Part shown: piece after piece, positions 1 to 12,786 of the stretch
Position numbering within the stretch: the stretch's first letter is position 1
How the letters are laid out: every line of letters begins with the position of its first letter
Assembly (NCBI GenBank): GCA_951406725.2
Contig: OX597830.1
Coordinates: 56,916,001-56,980,000 of the forward strand
DNA: 64,000 nt
Source of the DNA: Octopus vulgaris
Taxonomy: Eukaryota
Reading direction: 5' to 3'
The notes under the pieces: generated by a model
What the model saw: the letters and a program-made list of their open reading frames with translations, nothing else
Told to the model about the DNA's origin: nothing
Databases searched by the model: none
Translations under genes and position numbers: made by a program

Positions 1-279
1 TTTATAGACAAATAAAGAGAAAAGTTTCTGTTGGTAAGCAGGTCACTGTTAGCCATGACAGAGCACTGAGTCTCGTGTAAGAGTAATAGTAATGTGTCGT
101 GTATAGACTTTCTTTCCACTGCTTCGTTATATTATATGTCCAATAGAATGATATGAAAATATTAAATTTATTTACAATAGACTATAACCTATAAAAGACT
201 GGTTCCCAATTAAAAATAAATATTTAATATGTTGTATGCATAAAATTAACAAGGTATTCTGAATATTTCGTTTAAGCCA

Positions 280-495
280 GCAAGTTGGCAGAAACTTTAG
301 CATGCTGAGCGAAGTGCTTATTTGTATTTCATCTGTCTTTACATTCTGAGTTCAAATTCTGCCGAGGTTGACTTTGCCTTTCATCCTTTCGGAGTCAAAA
401 CATTAAGTACCAGTTGCATACTGAGGTTGATATAATCGACTGCCCCACCACTCCCCAACAATTTCGGGCCTTGTGCCTAGAGTAGAAAAGAATAT
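280..495 (+). mobile_element. tRNA-derived SINE; family also at ~1600-1722(-), 5496-5535, 8572-8780, 25565-25750, 52720-52925(-)
   Basis: Shared gagttcaaattctgccgaggt(t/c)gactttgcctttcatcct with B-box-like GTTCAAATT. Confidence 0.75.
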
Positions 496-547
496 TTCGT
501 TTCAGCTCTGCATGTTATGTTTAGATTTTTCTGTAATAACAACCTAC

Positions 548-722
548 CTGGGATATTTAAATCAGTAATAGTATTTTCAAACATTTTCCTGAACTCCATT
601 TCTACTCCAGAAGTTTCTTGGGTACCATCATCAACAAGGATAAAATGTGAATGATTAGGATCCAAAGCAGATGTTGTTGAGTCAGTGTCATCTTTTATCT
701 CATACTTTGCAGGCCATGATCC
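548..722 (-). CDS. TRPM-family channel exon (SLOG/MHR1-2), GSWPAKYE...LDPNHSHFILVDDGT...DLNIP
   Basis: Hallmark TRPM motif LDPNHSHFILVDDGT; acceptor tttctag, donor gtaggt; 175 nt, phase 0 to 1. Confidence 0.93.
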
Positions 723-845
723 CTAGAAACCAAATTAATATCTTAGTTGTTATATATATTATGAACATCATTTTCATCTAAGTATAATATGTGATGTATT
801 TGTTCTGACACAAAAAATATGCAGCAAAGAGGAAGGAGGGAAAGA

Positions 846-864
846 GAGACAAAGAGAGAGGGGC

Positions 865-950
<86 letters not shown>

Positions 951-1010
951 GAGAGAGAGAGAGAGAAACAGAGAGAGAGAGAGAGAAACAGAGAGAGAGA
1001 GATATAGAGA
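846..1010. repeat. (GA)n microsatellite
   Basis: Direct reading. Confidence 0.98.
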
Positions 1011-1019
1011 GAATCAGTA

Positions 1020-1590
1020 TTCGGTTGCACTGGTAGAAGGGGAAAACTGTGAAATTTGGTTTGATGTTACTTGCACATTTCTCTGTGTTCATTTAGAGGA
1101 ATTTGTATTCTGGGAACTGGATCTGCTCTTTATGTAGAATGGTTCTCTGTCTCAAAGTCATACTCGTATGTCCAATATAGCATAGTCCACAACTCGAGCA
1201 GGTTATTACATAAATTAGGTTCTCAGAGGCACAAGTCAAACTGGTTATAATTGTGAACCTCTCTCCTTGTTTGAAAAGAAAATCCGAGCCTTCAAGTAGG
1301 TTGGGACAGGTTCCACAGTTTGGGCGTCCACATTTATTTTACTGTTGGTTTTGTGGTTGTTTTGTAAAGCTTCGTATTTGTTATGCCTCTCTTTAGCGAT
1401 TTGTGTTGCTTTTTGCATTTGATGAGTTTATGTGTTTTCAGGATGTAGTTCATTTTTAGGTCTCTAGCTAGTAAAGGGTGATTTTACGCAATAGTGTTGT
1501 ATGCCTCACTGTTTCTAAGGTTGTGGGTTGATATAAACAGTAATGTTTTGGGATGAAGTGTGGTGTTATGTTTTGTTGACCTGGTTCTTA
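1020..1590 (-). mobile_element. Penelope-like element fragment (GIY-YIG endonuclease)
   Basis: Minus-strand TCASENLIYVITCSSCGLCYIGHT and CGRPNCGTCP. Confidence 0.8.
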
Positions 1591-1741
1591 ATTTCTCGAT
1601 CCTGAAAGGATGAAAGTCAAAGTCAACCTTGGCGAAATTTGAACTCAGAACATAAAACGGACGGAAAAATACTGCTAAGCATTTTGTCCAGCATGCTAAC
1701 ATTTCTGCTAGCTTGCCGCCTTCAATATATATATATATATC

Positions 1742-2365
1742 CTCATCATCATCACCATCATCGTTTAACGTCTGCTTTCCATGCTAGCATGGGTTGGATG
1801 ATTTGACTGAGGACTGGCGAACCAAATAGCTGCACCAGACTCTAATCTGATCTGGCAGAGTTTCTACAACTGGGTGGCCCTCGTGCCGGTGGCACGAGGG
1901 CCAGTCAGGTGGTACTGGCAACGGCCATGCTCAAATGGTGTTTTTTACATGCCACATGCACAGGAGCCAGTCCAGCGGCACTTGCAACGACCTCGATTGA
2001 ATGTTTTTTCATGTGCCACCAGCACAAGTGCCAGTAAGGCGATGCTGGTAACGATCATGCTCGAATGGTGCTTTTTATGTGCCACTGGCACGAACGCCAG
2101 TTTGCTGCTCTGGCAACGATCATGCTCGGGTGGTGCTCTTAGTGCTCCACTAGCATGGATGCCAGTCATCAAATTTGATTTCGAATTCACTTGCCTCAAT
2201 AGGTCTTTGCAAGCAGTTTAATGTCTAATGAAAGAAAGGTATGCATATGTGGGTTGGTTACACCCCTAGCATAGGCCATGAGGTTATGGTCTCACTTGGT
2301 TTGCCGGGCCTTCTCAAGCACAGCATATCTCCAAACGTCTTGGTCACTAGTCATTGCCTCGGTCA
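1742..2365 (-). mobile_element. RTE LINE 3' UTR fragment with (GAT)n tail
   Basis: Reverse complement of the 3' end of the 10745-15402 family; (cat)n at ~1744-1762. Confidence 0.85.
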
Positions 2366-2794
2366 TCATACAATCTGTTCTTCACTGTAACAGAAAGTTC
2401 CTATTACAAACAAAGTAGTTCTCTGAACTTTGTCCATGGCATTTTTATTCAAGGAGCTACACTCTCAGAGTTTCTTCCTTTACTGCTAACTTGGTCACCT
2501 ATCTATTACTTCTAAGGACTCCACCAGATATCTGAGGAAATCTATTCTCTGTGTATTCTTGTTGCTTAATATACCTGCAAATCTACCACATATAAAGACT
2601 AGCTTCTCTGTTAGCTTTCTGTGATACCGCTGCTCCTGTTATGTGACCATATCTTGCACTCAGTATACCACATGAAGTTCTATCAGCATCTTTTCTATGC
2701 ATCAAAACGTTCAGATAGTGATTCAGCTGTAGGGACAAGTTTAAAGGAGTTTCCAAATTTTCCGGTTATGGCCTGGAGGACTATGATAAACAAG

Positions 2795-2980
2795 AGGGCA
2801 CCAAAAACTTATCATTGGTGAACTCCTACCTGTAGACTAACTTTCATCCTATGCTCATTGCCAACATTGACCTTATTGAAAGCATCCCTGTACATGACTG
2901 CCACAGCACTCACTAACCACTCATCTACCCCTAGCTCCTGTACTGACCACCAGATGTGGACACAAAGGATCCTGTCAAAG
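2795..2980 (-). mobile_element. RTE RT fragment
   Basis: Reverse-complement similarity to ~11580-11790. Confidence 0.7.
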
Positions 2981-3136
2981 CTATGGAAATTATATTGGTC
3001 TTTTCATGATTCGTTGATGTAATCTAATGTTTAAACACTTCAATTAATATCAGAATTAAAAAAGAAAATTATAATGTTATAAATCAATTCTTAATATTAA
3101 TATAGGGAAAGAAAAAAAGATTGAATAGAAATTTAC

Positions 3137-3279
3137 TTTATTCACTAGGGATTCCTTGTTTTGTACACAGTTCCATGGTGCAATACCAATTGTAACAACT
3201 CTATATCCGACACTATTTATAGTTTTCCCAATATGTTTTTCAATTCCAGTATGTAAACCTGTACTTATGATCCAGGCAC
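3137..3279 (-). CDS. TRPM-family exon GAWIISTGLHTGIEKHIG...IGIAPWNCVQNKESLVNK
   Basis: Matches TRPM GAWIxTGG..G..KHVG and IGIAPWG motifs; acceptor ttgtcttgcag, donor gtaaat; 143 nt, phase 1 to 0, in frame with neighbours. Confidence 0.93.
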
Positions 3280-3379
3280 CTGCAAGACAAGACATCAAGG
3301 ATTATATTCAAATATTGATTTCTAAAATGACAGTAGATATTTGGACAAAGTATCTTCTGGCCACGACCACCACCACCAC

Positions 3380-4975
3380 CATCATCATCATTTAACATCT
3401 GCTTTCGATGCTGGCATAGGTTGGGCACTGATCTGGCAAGGTTTATACGGCTGGATACCCTTCCTAATGCCAACCACTCTGAGAGTGTAGTGGGTGCTTT
3501 TTACATGCCACTGGCAAGGGGGCCAGTCATGCGGCACTGGCATTGACAACACTCAAAGTACTTTTTATGTGCCACTGGCACAGGAGCCAGTCAGGCAACA
3601 CTGGCATCGACCATGCTCAAATGGTGTTTTTACATGCAATCAGCAGGCGGCACTGGCATCAGCCACGACTATAATTTCACTTGACCCAACAGGTATTCTG
3701 AAGCGATTGGAGGGTACTTTTAATGAGACCGGTTATGCGACACTGTCATTGACCATGGGTACAATCACACTTTGACTTGCCGGTCCTTCTCAATCACAGC
3801 ATATCTCTAAAAGTCTCGGTCGCTTGTCATTGCCTCGGTGAGACCCAATGTTCAAAGGTCATGCTTCACCACTTCAGTTCATGACTTCCCGGGGTTTACC
3901 TTTTCCATAGGTTCCTTCCACTGTTAGGGCATGACACACCTTCACACAGTTGTCCTTGTCCATACACAACACATGACCATACCAGAGCAGTCGCCACTCT
4001 TGCACAGCATATCTGATGCTTCTTATATCTAAATTTTCTCTCAGGGCATTTACACTGTGTCATATATGCACACTGATATTACACATCGAAGCGAAGCATA
4101 CTAGCTTCATTTCTTTAAAGCCTACGCATGTCCTCTGCAGTAACAGCCCATGTTTCACTGCCATGTAGCATAGCTGTTTGACACATACATCATACAGTCT
4201 ACCTTTCACTCTAAGTGAGAGTTCCTTTGTTGCCAGCAGAGGTAGGGCTCACTGAAATTTGCCCAGGCTATTCTTATTCTAGCAGCTACGCTCTCAGAGC
4301 ATCCATCCCAGCTACTGACTTGGTTACGGTAACAGAAGCTATCAACTACTACTTTTTCCCTCTGGCATATGATGGAATCTGTGTTTTTGTACATCTTTGG
4401 TGTTAATGCCCTTGTGCATCTGCCTCACAGCAAAAACTATTTTCCCAGTTAACCTTCTTTGATATTGTTTCACTGCTTATGCATCCACAGCTTACACTGG
4501 GTATATCTTATGGAGTTCCTACCAATGCCTTTTCTACAGATCGAGCAGGGCCATCTACTTGAATGGGTTTGTGATTTGTCCTACTTACTAGGACTTTGGT
4601 TTTGCTTGACTGACTCTAAGGACCTTTGATTCTAGACCTTGCTTCTGCAACTGGAACTTCTCTTCTAGTTCTGGTAGTGTCTCAGCTATTAGAGCAAGGT
4701 CATCAGCATAGAGGAGCTCCCAGGGGAGCTTGTCTTGAATTCTTCTGTCATTGCTTGGTGGACTATGATGAATAAGAGGGGCTGAGAACTGATCCTTGGT
4801 GAATCCCTACTTCTACTAGGAATTCTTCACTATACTTGTTGCCAACCCTCACCTTGCCAACAGCATCCCTGTACAGGGTTTGAACAACTCTCACAATCAC
4901 TCGTTTATCCCTAGTTTACACATTGACCATCAGATAACTGATCAGGAAACCTGTCTAGGGCTTTCTCAATGTCAA
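3380..4975 (-). mobile_element. Degenerate RTE LINE 3' half (RT, PHD insert, UTR, tail)
   Basis: Homologous to 11570-15400; ESVAARIRIAWANF; (cat)n tail. Confidence 0.9.
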
Positions 4976-5432
4976 CTGGAGTCCTGGAATCAACCCAGGC
5001 TCAAGTCTAAGTAATGTTCTGGAATAATACATAAATGTCACTCTTTCCCTTTCCCAAGACCTCAGATAATCTTTACATGGTCATTTGACCTTTAAAAAAT
5101 AGCAGTTATATCTCCTCTTTTCCCCCTACTATCTTTGAAAAAGGGAGAACATATTGGATAAAGTAGTCTAACAAACACTTTCTAAGAAATTTAAACGTAA
5201 AGTATGAATGAGAGCAACTAGCGTCCACACGTTGATGGAATATCTTAAAAACTGATGATGTCATTCCATCAATGTGTAGACGCTGGTTGATCTCATTCAT
5301 ACTTTACATTTAAATTTCTGTAATTTTGAATTTTTATCACTTCTTATTTTGAACTTGACACAGACAAACATACTGTTGAAATATCGTTCAACTAATAAAA
5401 TATCTTACAATCAAATCGCACTCTTCGTCTTG

Positions 5433-5457
5433 ACTATTATTATTATTATTGTTATTA

Positions 5458-5495
<38 letters not shown>
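5433..5495. repeat. (TTA)n microsatellite
   Basis: Direct reading. Confidence 0.95.
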
Positions 5496-5499
<4 letters not shown>

Positions 5500-5539
5500 C
5501 GGTGAGCTGGCAGAGTCGTTAGCACACTGAGTATCTCAA

Positions 5540-6168
5540 CAGGTATGATACAGCTGCACAATATATTCACTGGGTAATTTGCAAAAACCTTGACTTGCCC
5601 CATGATAAAAACTGGGGGGAACACAAACCACCTCCAGTGCTTGAAAATGATCACATCTCACTCCTCTGGAACTTCACCATTCAAACTGACAGAAAGATAG
5701 TTTCAAATAGGCCAGAACATCACATTGAAAGACTTCAGACAAAAACTGAGCAAGTATAAAGATCTTGAAATTGAAATTAGAAAAATGTGGAACCTGAAGA
5801 CTAAAACAATACCTATTGTCATAGGTGCCCTAGGAATGATAGCAAAAGGGGTTGATTGCTACCTAGCTTAGATACCAGGAAACCCGAAAATGGCAGAAAT
5901 TCAAAAGAGAGTGCTCATGCGAACTGCCCATATCCTATGCAAAATACTTTCTATGTAATCTCAAATTTTAAAACAAACACATAATTTTCTTATGTTTTCT
6001 TAAACATTCTCTAGAACAACACTATGAACAAGACCAAATATATGGCACCCTAGGCATAACACCAACATGAACTTCTAACTTGTTGTCTCTTGAGGTCTCT
6101 GGGTGAGACTTGGAGCCAACTTGTACAAATACAAAGCAAAAGTCAAACATGTAATAATAATAATAATA
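5540..6168 (+). mobile_element. Dong/R4-clade LINE 3' fragment (restriction-like endonuclease) with (TAA)n tail
   Basis: LLWNFTIQTDRK, KYKDL, IPIVIGALG motifs; taataataa tail. Confidence 0.75.
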
Positions 6169-6169
6169 G

Positions 6170-8555
6170 GAGTGACAAAAAGAATACAGGTGGAAAAAAA
6201 GAATACAGGCGGGGTTAGATAAGCTCTCGAGAAAAGAAAAGGAGCCACTTAAAAGTGAACAAAAATACAGGGTACTGAACAGGAAGTATTATATTGAAAG
6301 AAAGGGCCTAGAAGTGGAAATGGAGGAACTGAAACAGCGTCACATTGCAAAGAAAGCAAAAATGGTAAGATAGGACCAAAAAATGAAAGGATGCCAGCAG
6401 AATAGGTTATTCAGCGTAGATCAGAAGAGATTCTACAAAGAAATAAATGGAGAGTGTACAGATGAAAAGTTGATACCAGAAAACATTGAAAGTCAAAGAT
6501 TTTGGAGTGACATCCGGAGCAAAGACAAGGAGCACAAGAAGGATGCTGAATGGTTGCAAGAACTGAAACAAATAGTAGTCTGTCCAAAACATGCAGAACT
6601 AGGCATTTCATTTAGAGAAGTGAAGGAAATCAGCAAAAACATGGGCAACTGGAAGGCCCCAGGAACAGATGGAGTTCAAGGCTACTGGATCAAAAGATTT
6701 GGTAAATGTCATGCACGAATAGCTGCACAACTCAACACCTTGTTAAATTATTACCTAGTAATACCTAGTAATACCAGAGTGCTCGACAATAGGTAGGACA
6801 CTGCTGTGCTTGAAAAACATTGAAAAAGGCCATACAGTAGACACTTACAGGCCAAGATATCCTGCTTGCCACTTATGTGGAAATTATTGACTGTAATTGT
6901 CACAGAGTCAATGTATGGACATCTGGAAAAAATGGAGTCCTGCCATATGAGCAGAAGGGGTGCAAGCATAAGTACAGAGGTACCAAGGATCAACTCCCAG
7001 TAGACAAAATTGTACTTAGAGACTGCAAGAGGAGGAAAACTAACTTAACTCTGGCATGGATCAATTATCAATTTGTTATTCATAGATGACCTCAAATTTT
7101 ATGGTAAAGAGGAATCCTAAGTCAGTTCCCTCGTTGATACTTTTAGTGCTGATATAAGAATGGAGTTCGGATTGAAAAAGTGTGTTGTGTTAGTCTTGAA
7201 GACAGGAAAAATCAAATGTATGCATGAACTAGCAATACCGTTGGTTAATGTTATGAATCAGATAGAAGAGACGGGCTATAAGTATTTGGGGATATTGGAA
7301 ATGGATAAATTGATAGAGAAAGAAATGACAGAAAAATTTAAGGTGGAGTACTTGTGCAAATTGAGACTAATCCTTAAGTTGAAATTAAATGGACGGAATA
7401 AAATTGAAGCTATCAACATCTGGGTGGTTTCATTCGTTAGATATGGAGCAGGGATAATCGCATGGACAGTAGACGAACTAAACAGCATAGACAGAAAGAC
7501 AAGGAAGTTGCTGACTAGATATAGGACACTCCACCATAAAAGTGACACAAACTGTATGTACCAAGAAAAAGGGGGAAAGAGGATTGTTTGGATGCAAACA
7601 CAGCATTAGAGTAGAAGAAAACAACATAGCATGGTATGTAAAAAATACCACTGAACCACTATTATCAGAAGTGAGAAGGCCAGGCTTGTGTAGGGTGGAA
7701 GATTGTAAAGTTAAAGCACTGTACAAGGACTTGAGAATAAATGAAACTGAAAATAGGTGAATAAAGAAAAGAATGCATAGATGTTGAAAATAAGTCAGAG
7801 TAATAAAGATATCTATGGATGACTAAAAGTGATTTAAACCTGAAACGGAGGCTGTGCTGCCCAAGGGCAAGCATTAAGAATCAATTACATCAAACAGAGA
7901 ATAGACAACTCATCAGAAAATGATAAGTGTAGAATTTGTGGACAAAATGGTGAAACCATATGGAATATTACCAGTCAATGTATGCCACTAGCCCAGAAAG
8001 AATATAAGAGGGGTCATGACAATATTGCAAAGTATAGACTTGACAGAGCAAAAAAGTGGTACGAACATAAACCCGAAGGCATCATCGAAAATGATAATGC
8101 AAAGATCCTATGGGATTTTATGATTCAGTGCGACCATCAGATAGAGAATAGTAAACCAGACATAGTGTTAATTGAGAAAGAAAGCAAACGATGCTGGATC
8201 ATAGATATAGCATGCCCAACTGATAACAAGATATGCGATAAAGAAAAAAGAAAAGTTGATAGATATGAGGTTAACTTGGGAGGTTAAGCAGTTGTGGTCA
8301 CTGAAAAAAATGTGGCAGTAGTATCATTAATTGTCAGAGCCCCGGGAACAGTGAGTAAAAATCTTGAGAAGTATATGGAACAAATAGGAGCACTTGCAGA
8401 AAACAGCACTGCATGGAATCACTCGAATACTCCGGATGGTGATTGAAAAATAAGGAGTGTTACCTTAGTTTACTGGTAGTGAACAGCTGATACCGTAGTA
8501 CATCTCCAGCATTAGAAGCTGCGTAAAGACAATAAGTAATAATAATAATAATAAT
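6170..8555 (+). mobile_element. Degenerate Dong/R4-clade LINE (RT with internal deletion, CCHC-like region, RLE)
   Basis: WKAPGTDG, QKGC..GTKDQL, FGLKKC, YKYLG, CRICG..ET, ILWDF..KPDIV..IIDIACP; (AAT)n tail; many stops. Confidence 0.88.
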
Positions 8556-8820
8556 TATTATTATTACTATTAAGACGGTGAGCTAGCAGAATCAATAGCA
8601 TGACGAGCGAAAGCTTAGCAGTATTTCGTCTGCTGCTGAGTTAAAATTCTGCCCATGTTGACTTTGCCTTTCATCTTTTCAGGGTCGATAAATTAAGTAC
8701 CAGTTATGTACTGAGCTCGATGTAATCAACTAGTCCCCCCGCCCAAGTTTGAGTTATTGTGCCTCCAGTAGAAAGGATTATAATTAATTATATTTACATT
8801 TCAATTTTAAAAAATCATAC

Positions 8821-8998
8821 CTGTAGTTTTTGCAGCTATGACCAAACTATACACAAAAGTTTCAATTTCTCGAGTCAACTGGAGATCTTTTCTTTCTCCG
8901 ATCATCGAAATGAGAAGGTTTGGCAATGCCAAATTCCATAGAAATGCTATCAAATACATCATCATTCCCATTGGGGTCTTGTGATCCACACGGAGAAA
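8821..8998 (-). CDS. TRPM-family exon FLRVDHKTP...WNLALPNLLISMIGE...AAKTT
   Basis: Resembles TRPM YVRV...W.L..P.LLISV.GG...AAxTTG; acceptor catacag, donor gtatga; 178 nt, phase 0 to 1. Confidence 0.9.
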
Positions 8999-9429
8999 CT
9001 GTATGTGAGATGAAAAAATTTGATTTATATAACCTGCGGTTTGATATTATGGAAAAGATAGTCAAATAGTAACAATTTGGAAATTGGATTTCATTGTGAT
9101 GGTATATTGCCGGCATTCATATTAACGAGAATTGTGGTATTGAAAATGAAATACTTGAGAAGTTATGGGTTGTCCTGTTACAGATAAAATCAGGGAAATT
9201 TGCACAACAATTTCAATGGTTATAGGCCATTGATATTATTGTAATGATGATTTATTATATGCCTGTTACGCTCTATGTTGCAACAAATTTGAATTTCCCC
9301 CTTATACATACAGCTTAGCCATGAATATAAATTTAGAATTAGTCATTTCTTTAAACAATTATTTACTACTAAACATTATGTTACCCAGATCCTATTTTGT
9401 GACACTTATTTCCATCATTACACACACAC

Positions 9430-10705
9430 ACATAAACTTACTGCTGACAAAGGTTGCGTGACTTTCAATTATAAATAATTAAAAATATGCATTAAGTACA
9501 GGACATCACCAGCGAGTGAAAAATATGTACACACACGACAGATAAGTACAGAGTAAGTATTAAAAGTACGCATTAAGTACAGGATATTATCAACGAGGGA
9601 AAAATTTGTAAACACACAGAGATAAGTACAGGAAAAACACCAAAGGAAGTTAAACTCCTCCTCAGTTGTCGGCTGTTTATATCTACCTGTTTTGAGCTTT
9701 CAACAAGACAATAAAAATTCATAATACAGCAGCATCCAGAAATTTTTAAAATACAAAATTTATGGAGAGTTGTGGCTTTGAAAGAACAAACGATACCAGA
9801 GTGGACATAAACAATCAAAGTGTGTTTATGTACTTTTCACTCGTTGGTAATAATCCTGTAATTAATGCGTATTTCTAATTATTTTCGATTATTTATAAAT
9901 GAACACCATGCAGCATTTCTCAGCAATAAGTTTTTATATTCATACATAATTTTTGTGACTCCACACTCTGTTCTCTGCTTATTTTCTTTCTTTCTCCCTA
10001 TCCGTCTATAATCCTCTATATTTCTTTTTCTCCCTCCTTCTTTGCGGTCCCCCCATCTATCTTTCTTTGCTTCTCCCTTCTCCCCACTCCCTCTGTTTCT
10101 TTTCCTCTCCTCTTTCTTGTCCCCCTTCCCCCTCTGCCTGTTGGTCATACATGACTACAAGCCATTTTCCTCATCTTTCTGTCTTTTTTGAATGAGGTGT
10201 CTAGCCAGCTGGACATTAGTTTCTCTCGCAGCACAATATTTTTTCTTTTCTATTTTTTCTCTTCTATTTATTTTATATCCTTTCAAAATTTCTCCCAGAC
10301 ATTACCAATTACAATCTGTTTTGGCCTAACAGCCCATAATATAATTCTTCATCAGTTGTTTACTCTGTACATCTGCTCTGGTGTTGTTTGTTTATTCGAA
10401 GCCCCAACTCTCTATAAATATTATATTTTAAAAATTTGTGGATGCTGCTATGAAGTTTTCCTGTCTTGTCATTGAAAGCTCGAAACAGGCAGTAATAAAC
10501 AGTTGATAACTGAGGAGTTTGACTTTCTTTGGTTTTTGTCCTGTACTTATCTCTGTGTGTTTACATATTTTTCACTTGTTTGTGATGTCCTGTACTTATT
10601 GTGTGTTTTTAATTATTTATAATTGAACACCATGCAGCTTTTGTCACTTTGTCAGCAGTAAGTTTTTACATTCATATATTATTTCTACGATTCCACACTC
10701 TTAAT
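9430..10705. repeat. Diverged inverted copies of an interspersed repeat (9432-9815 vs 10355-10665; also 9820-9970), possibly Penelope pLTR-derived
   Basis: Reverse-complement blocks such as aaacttactgctgacaaag / ctttgtcagcagtaagttt. Confidence 0.7.
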
Positions 10706-10810
10706 GTGCATTCTTAATTATATATATATATATATTTATATATTGTTGACAGGGCTATTAGACAAAAGAAACAGGCTTGGAAGGCCTGGAAGAACGGTGG
10801 TAGCAGGGAA

Positions 10811-12786
10811 GTGTATCAGTCTGCCAGAAGGGAAGCCAGGAGACAGGTCTATCTAGCCAGAGGGGAGGCAGATAAGGAAAAATTTGCCAATGTCCTGCGT
10901 CGTGAGGATGAAAGACTTGAGGTATTTCGTGTTGCAAGACAGTGTGTGAGAGAGAATCGTGATGTGGTAGGAGAGAAGTGTGTTCGCATGGATGATGGTT
11001 CACTTGCGCTAAATGAGGATGCAAAGAGAGAGGTTTGGAGATGCCACTATGAAAGGTTGCTGAATAAAGAAAATGAATGGGATAAAGAGAGTCTGCCGAA
11101 TGTCGACCCAACAGAGGGACCAGCAATCCGAGTTAACAGTTCCTTAGTAGATAAGGCAATTAGAAGCATGAAAACAGGGAAAGCCCCAGGCCCATCAGGA
11201 ATTACTGCAGAGATGCTCAAAATATCTGGTGGTGTCGGCTATAGCTCTTAGTCACCCGTATAGTTAACCAGGTGATACACGAGGGGGTCATACCCAATGA
11301 CTGGTGTAGCAGCATAATAGTCAACTGCTACAAAGGTAAAGGCGACGCCCTAGAGACAAATAACTACAGGGGCATCAAGCTGCTGGATCAGGTAATGAAG
11401 GTTACGGAGAGGGTTATAGCCCAACTAATTAGAGAGAGAGTTAGCTTAGATGATATGCAGTTTGGGTTCGTGCCAGGGAAAAGTACTACTGATGCTATAT
11501 TCCTGGTAAGACAGCTGCAGGAGAAATACCTAGCCAAAGATAAGCCCTTGTACCTGGCTTTTGTTGACTTGGAGAAAGCCTTTGACAGGGTCCCCCGATC
11601 CCTTATCTGGTGGTCAATGAGGAAACTAGGGATAGAAGAATGGTTGGTGAGAGCTGTGCAAGCCATGTACAGAGACGCTGCTAGTAAGGTGAGGGTTGGC
11701 AACGAGTACAGTGAAGAATTCCGGGTAGAGGTTGGGGTCCACCAAGGTTCAGTCCTCAGTCCCCTCCTATTTATCATAGTCCTCCAGGCAATAACGGAGG
11801 AATTCAAGACAGGTTGCCCCTGGGAGCTCCTCTATGCTGATGACCTTGCTCTAATTGCTGAGTCACTATCAGAACTAGAGGAGAAGTTTCAGGTGTGGAA
11901 ACAAGGATTAGAATCGAAGGGCCTTAGAATCAACCTAGCCAAAACCAAAGTCCTAATAAGTAGGAAGGTAGATCAATCACAAACGCCTTCAGGTAGATGG
12001 CCCTGCTCGATCTGTAAAAAAGGTGTAGGTAGAAACTCTATAAGATGCACCAAGTGTAAGCTATGGACACATAAGAGGTGCAGCAATGTCAAAGGAAGGC
12101 TAACTAGGAAAATAGTTTTTGTCTGTGGCAAATGCTCAGGAGCAATAAACACTGGAAATGTGCAGAGACCAACTTCTGCCACGTTCCAGGGAGACAAACT
12201 AGAAGTAGTTGATAGCTTCCGCTACCTAGGAGACCAAGTCAGTAGCGGGGGTGGGTGTGCTGAAAGTGTAACTGCTAGAGTAAGAATAGCCTGGGCAAAG
12301 TTTAGAGAGCTCTTACCCCTGCTGGTGACAAAAGGCCTCTCGCTCAGAGTAAAAGGCAGACTGTATGATGCATGTGTACGTACAGCCATGCTACATGGTA
12401 GTGAAACATGGGCCGTGACTGCTGAGGATATGCGTAAGCTCGCAAGAAATGAAGCCAGTATGCTCCGATGGATGTGTAATGTCAGTGTTCATAATCGTCA
12501 GAGTGTAAGTTCCTTGAGAGAAAAGTTGAACCTAAGAAGCGTCAGTTGTGGTGTGCAAGAGAGACGGCTGCGCTGGTATGGTCATGTGACGAGAAAGGCT
12601 GAAGATAGTTGTGTGCAAAAGTGCTACACCCTAGCGGTTGAGGGAACCTGTGGAAGAGGTAGACCCAGGAAAACCTGGGACGAGGTGGTGAAGCACGACC
12701 TTCGAACTTTAGGTCTCACTAAGGAAATGTCTAGAGACCGAGACCTATGGAAGTATGCTGTGCGTGAGAAGACCCGGCAAGACTAG
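10811..12786 (+). pseudogene. RTE ORF2 reverse transcriptase (frameshift ~11245) with internal C4HC3 PHD-like finger
   Basis: GKAPGPSG, NYRGIKLL, QFGF, FVDLEKAFDRV, GVHQGSVLSP, LYADD, FRYLG, RLRWYGHV, RGRPRKTW. Confidence 0.95.

Noticed and set aside
743-1092. SL/RE-rich ORFs (likewise ORFs at 54315-54583, 57381-57730, 60533-61071)
   Set aside because: Translations of microsatellites
8862-9180. Possible extra exon (ORF 8862-9116)
   Set aside because: No TRPM similarity; exons 22156 and 8998 already join as AK-FLRV
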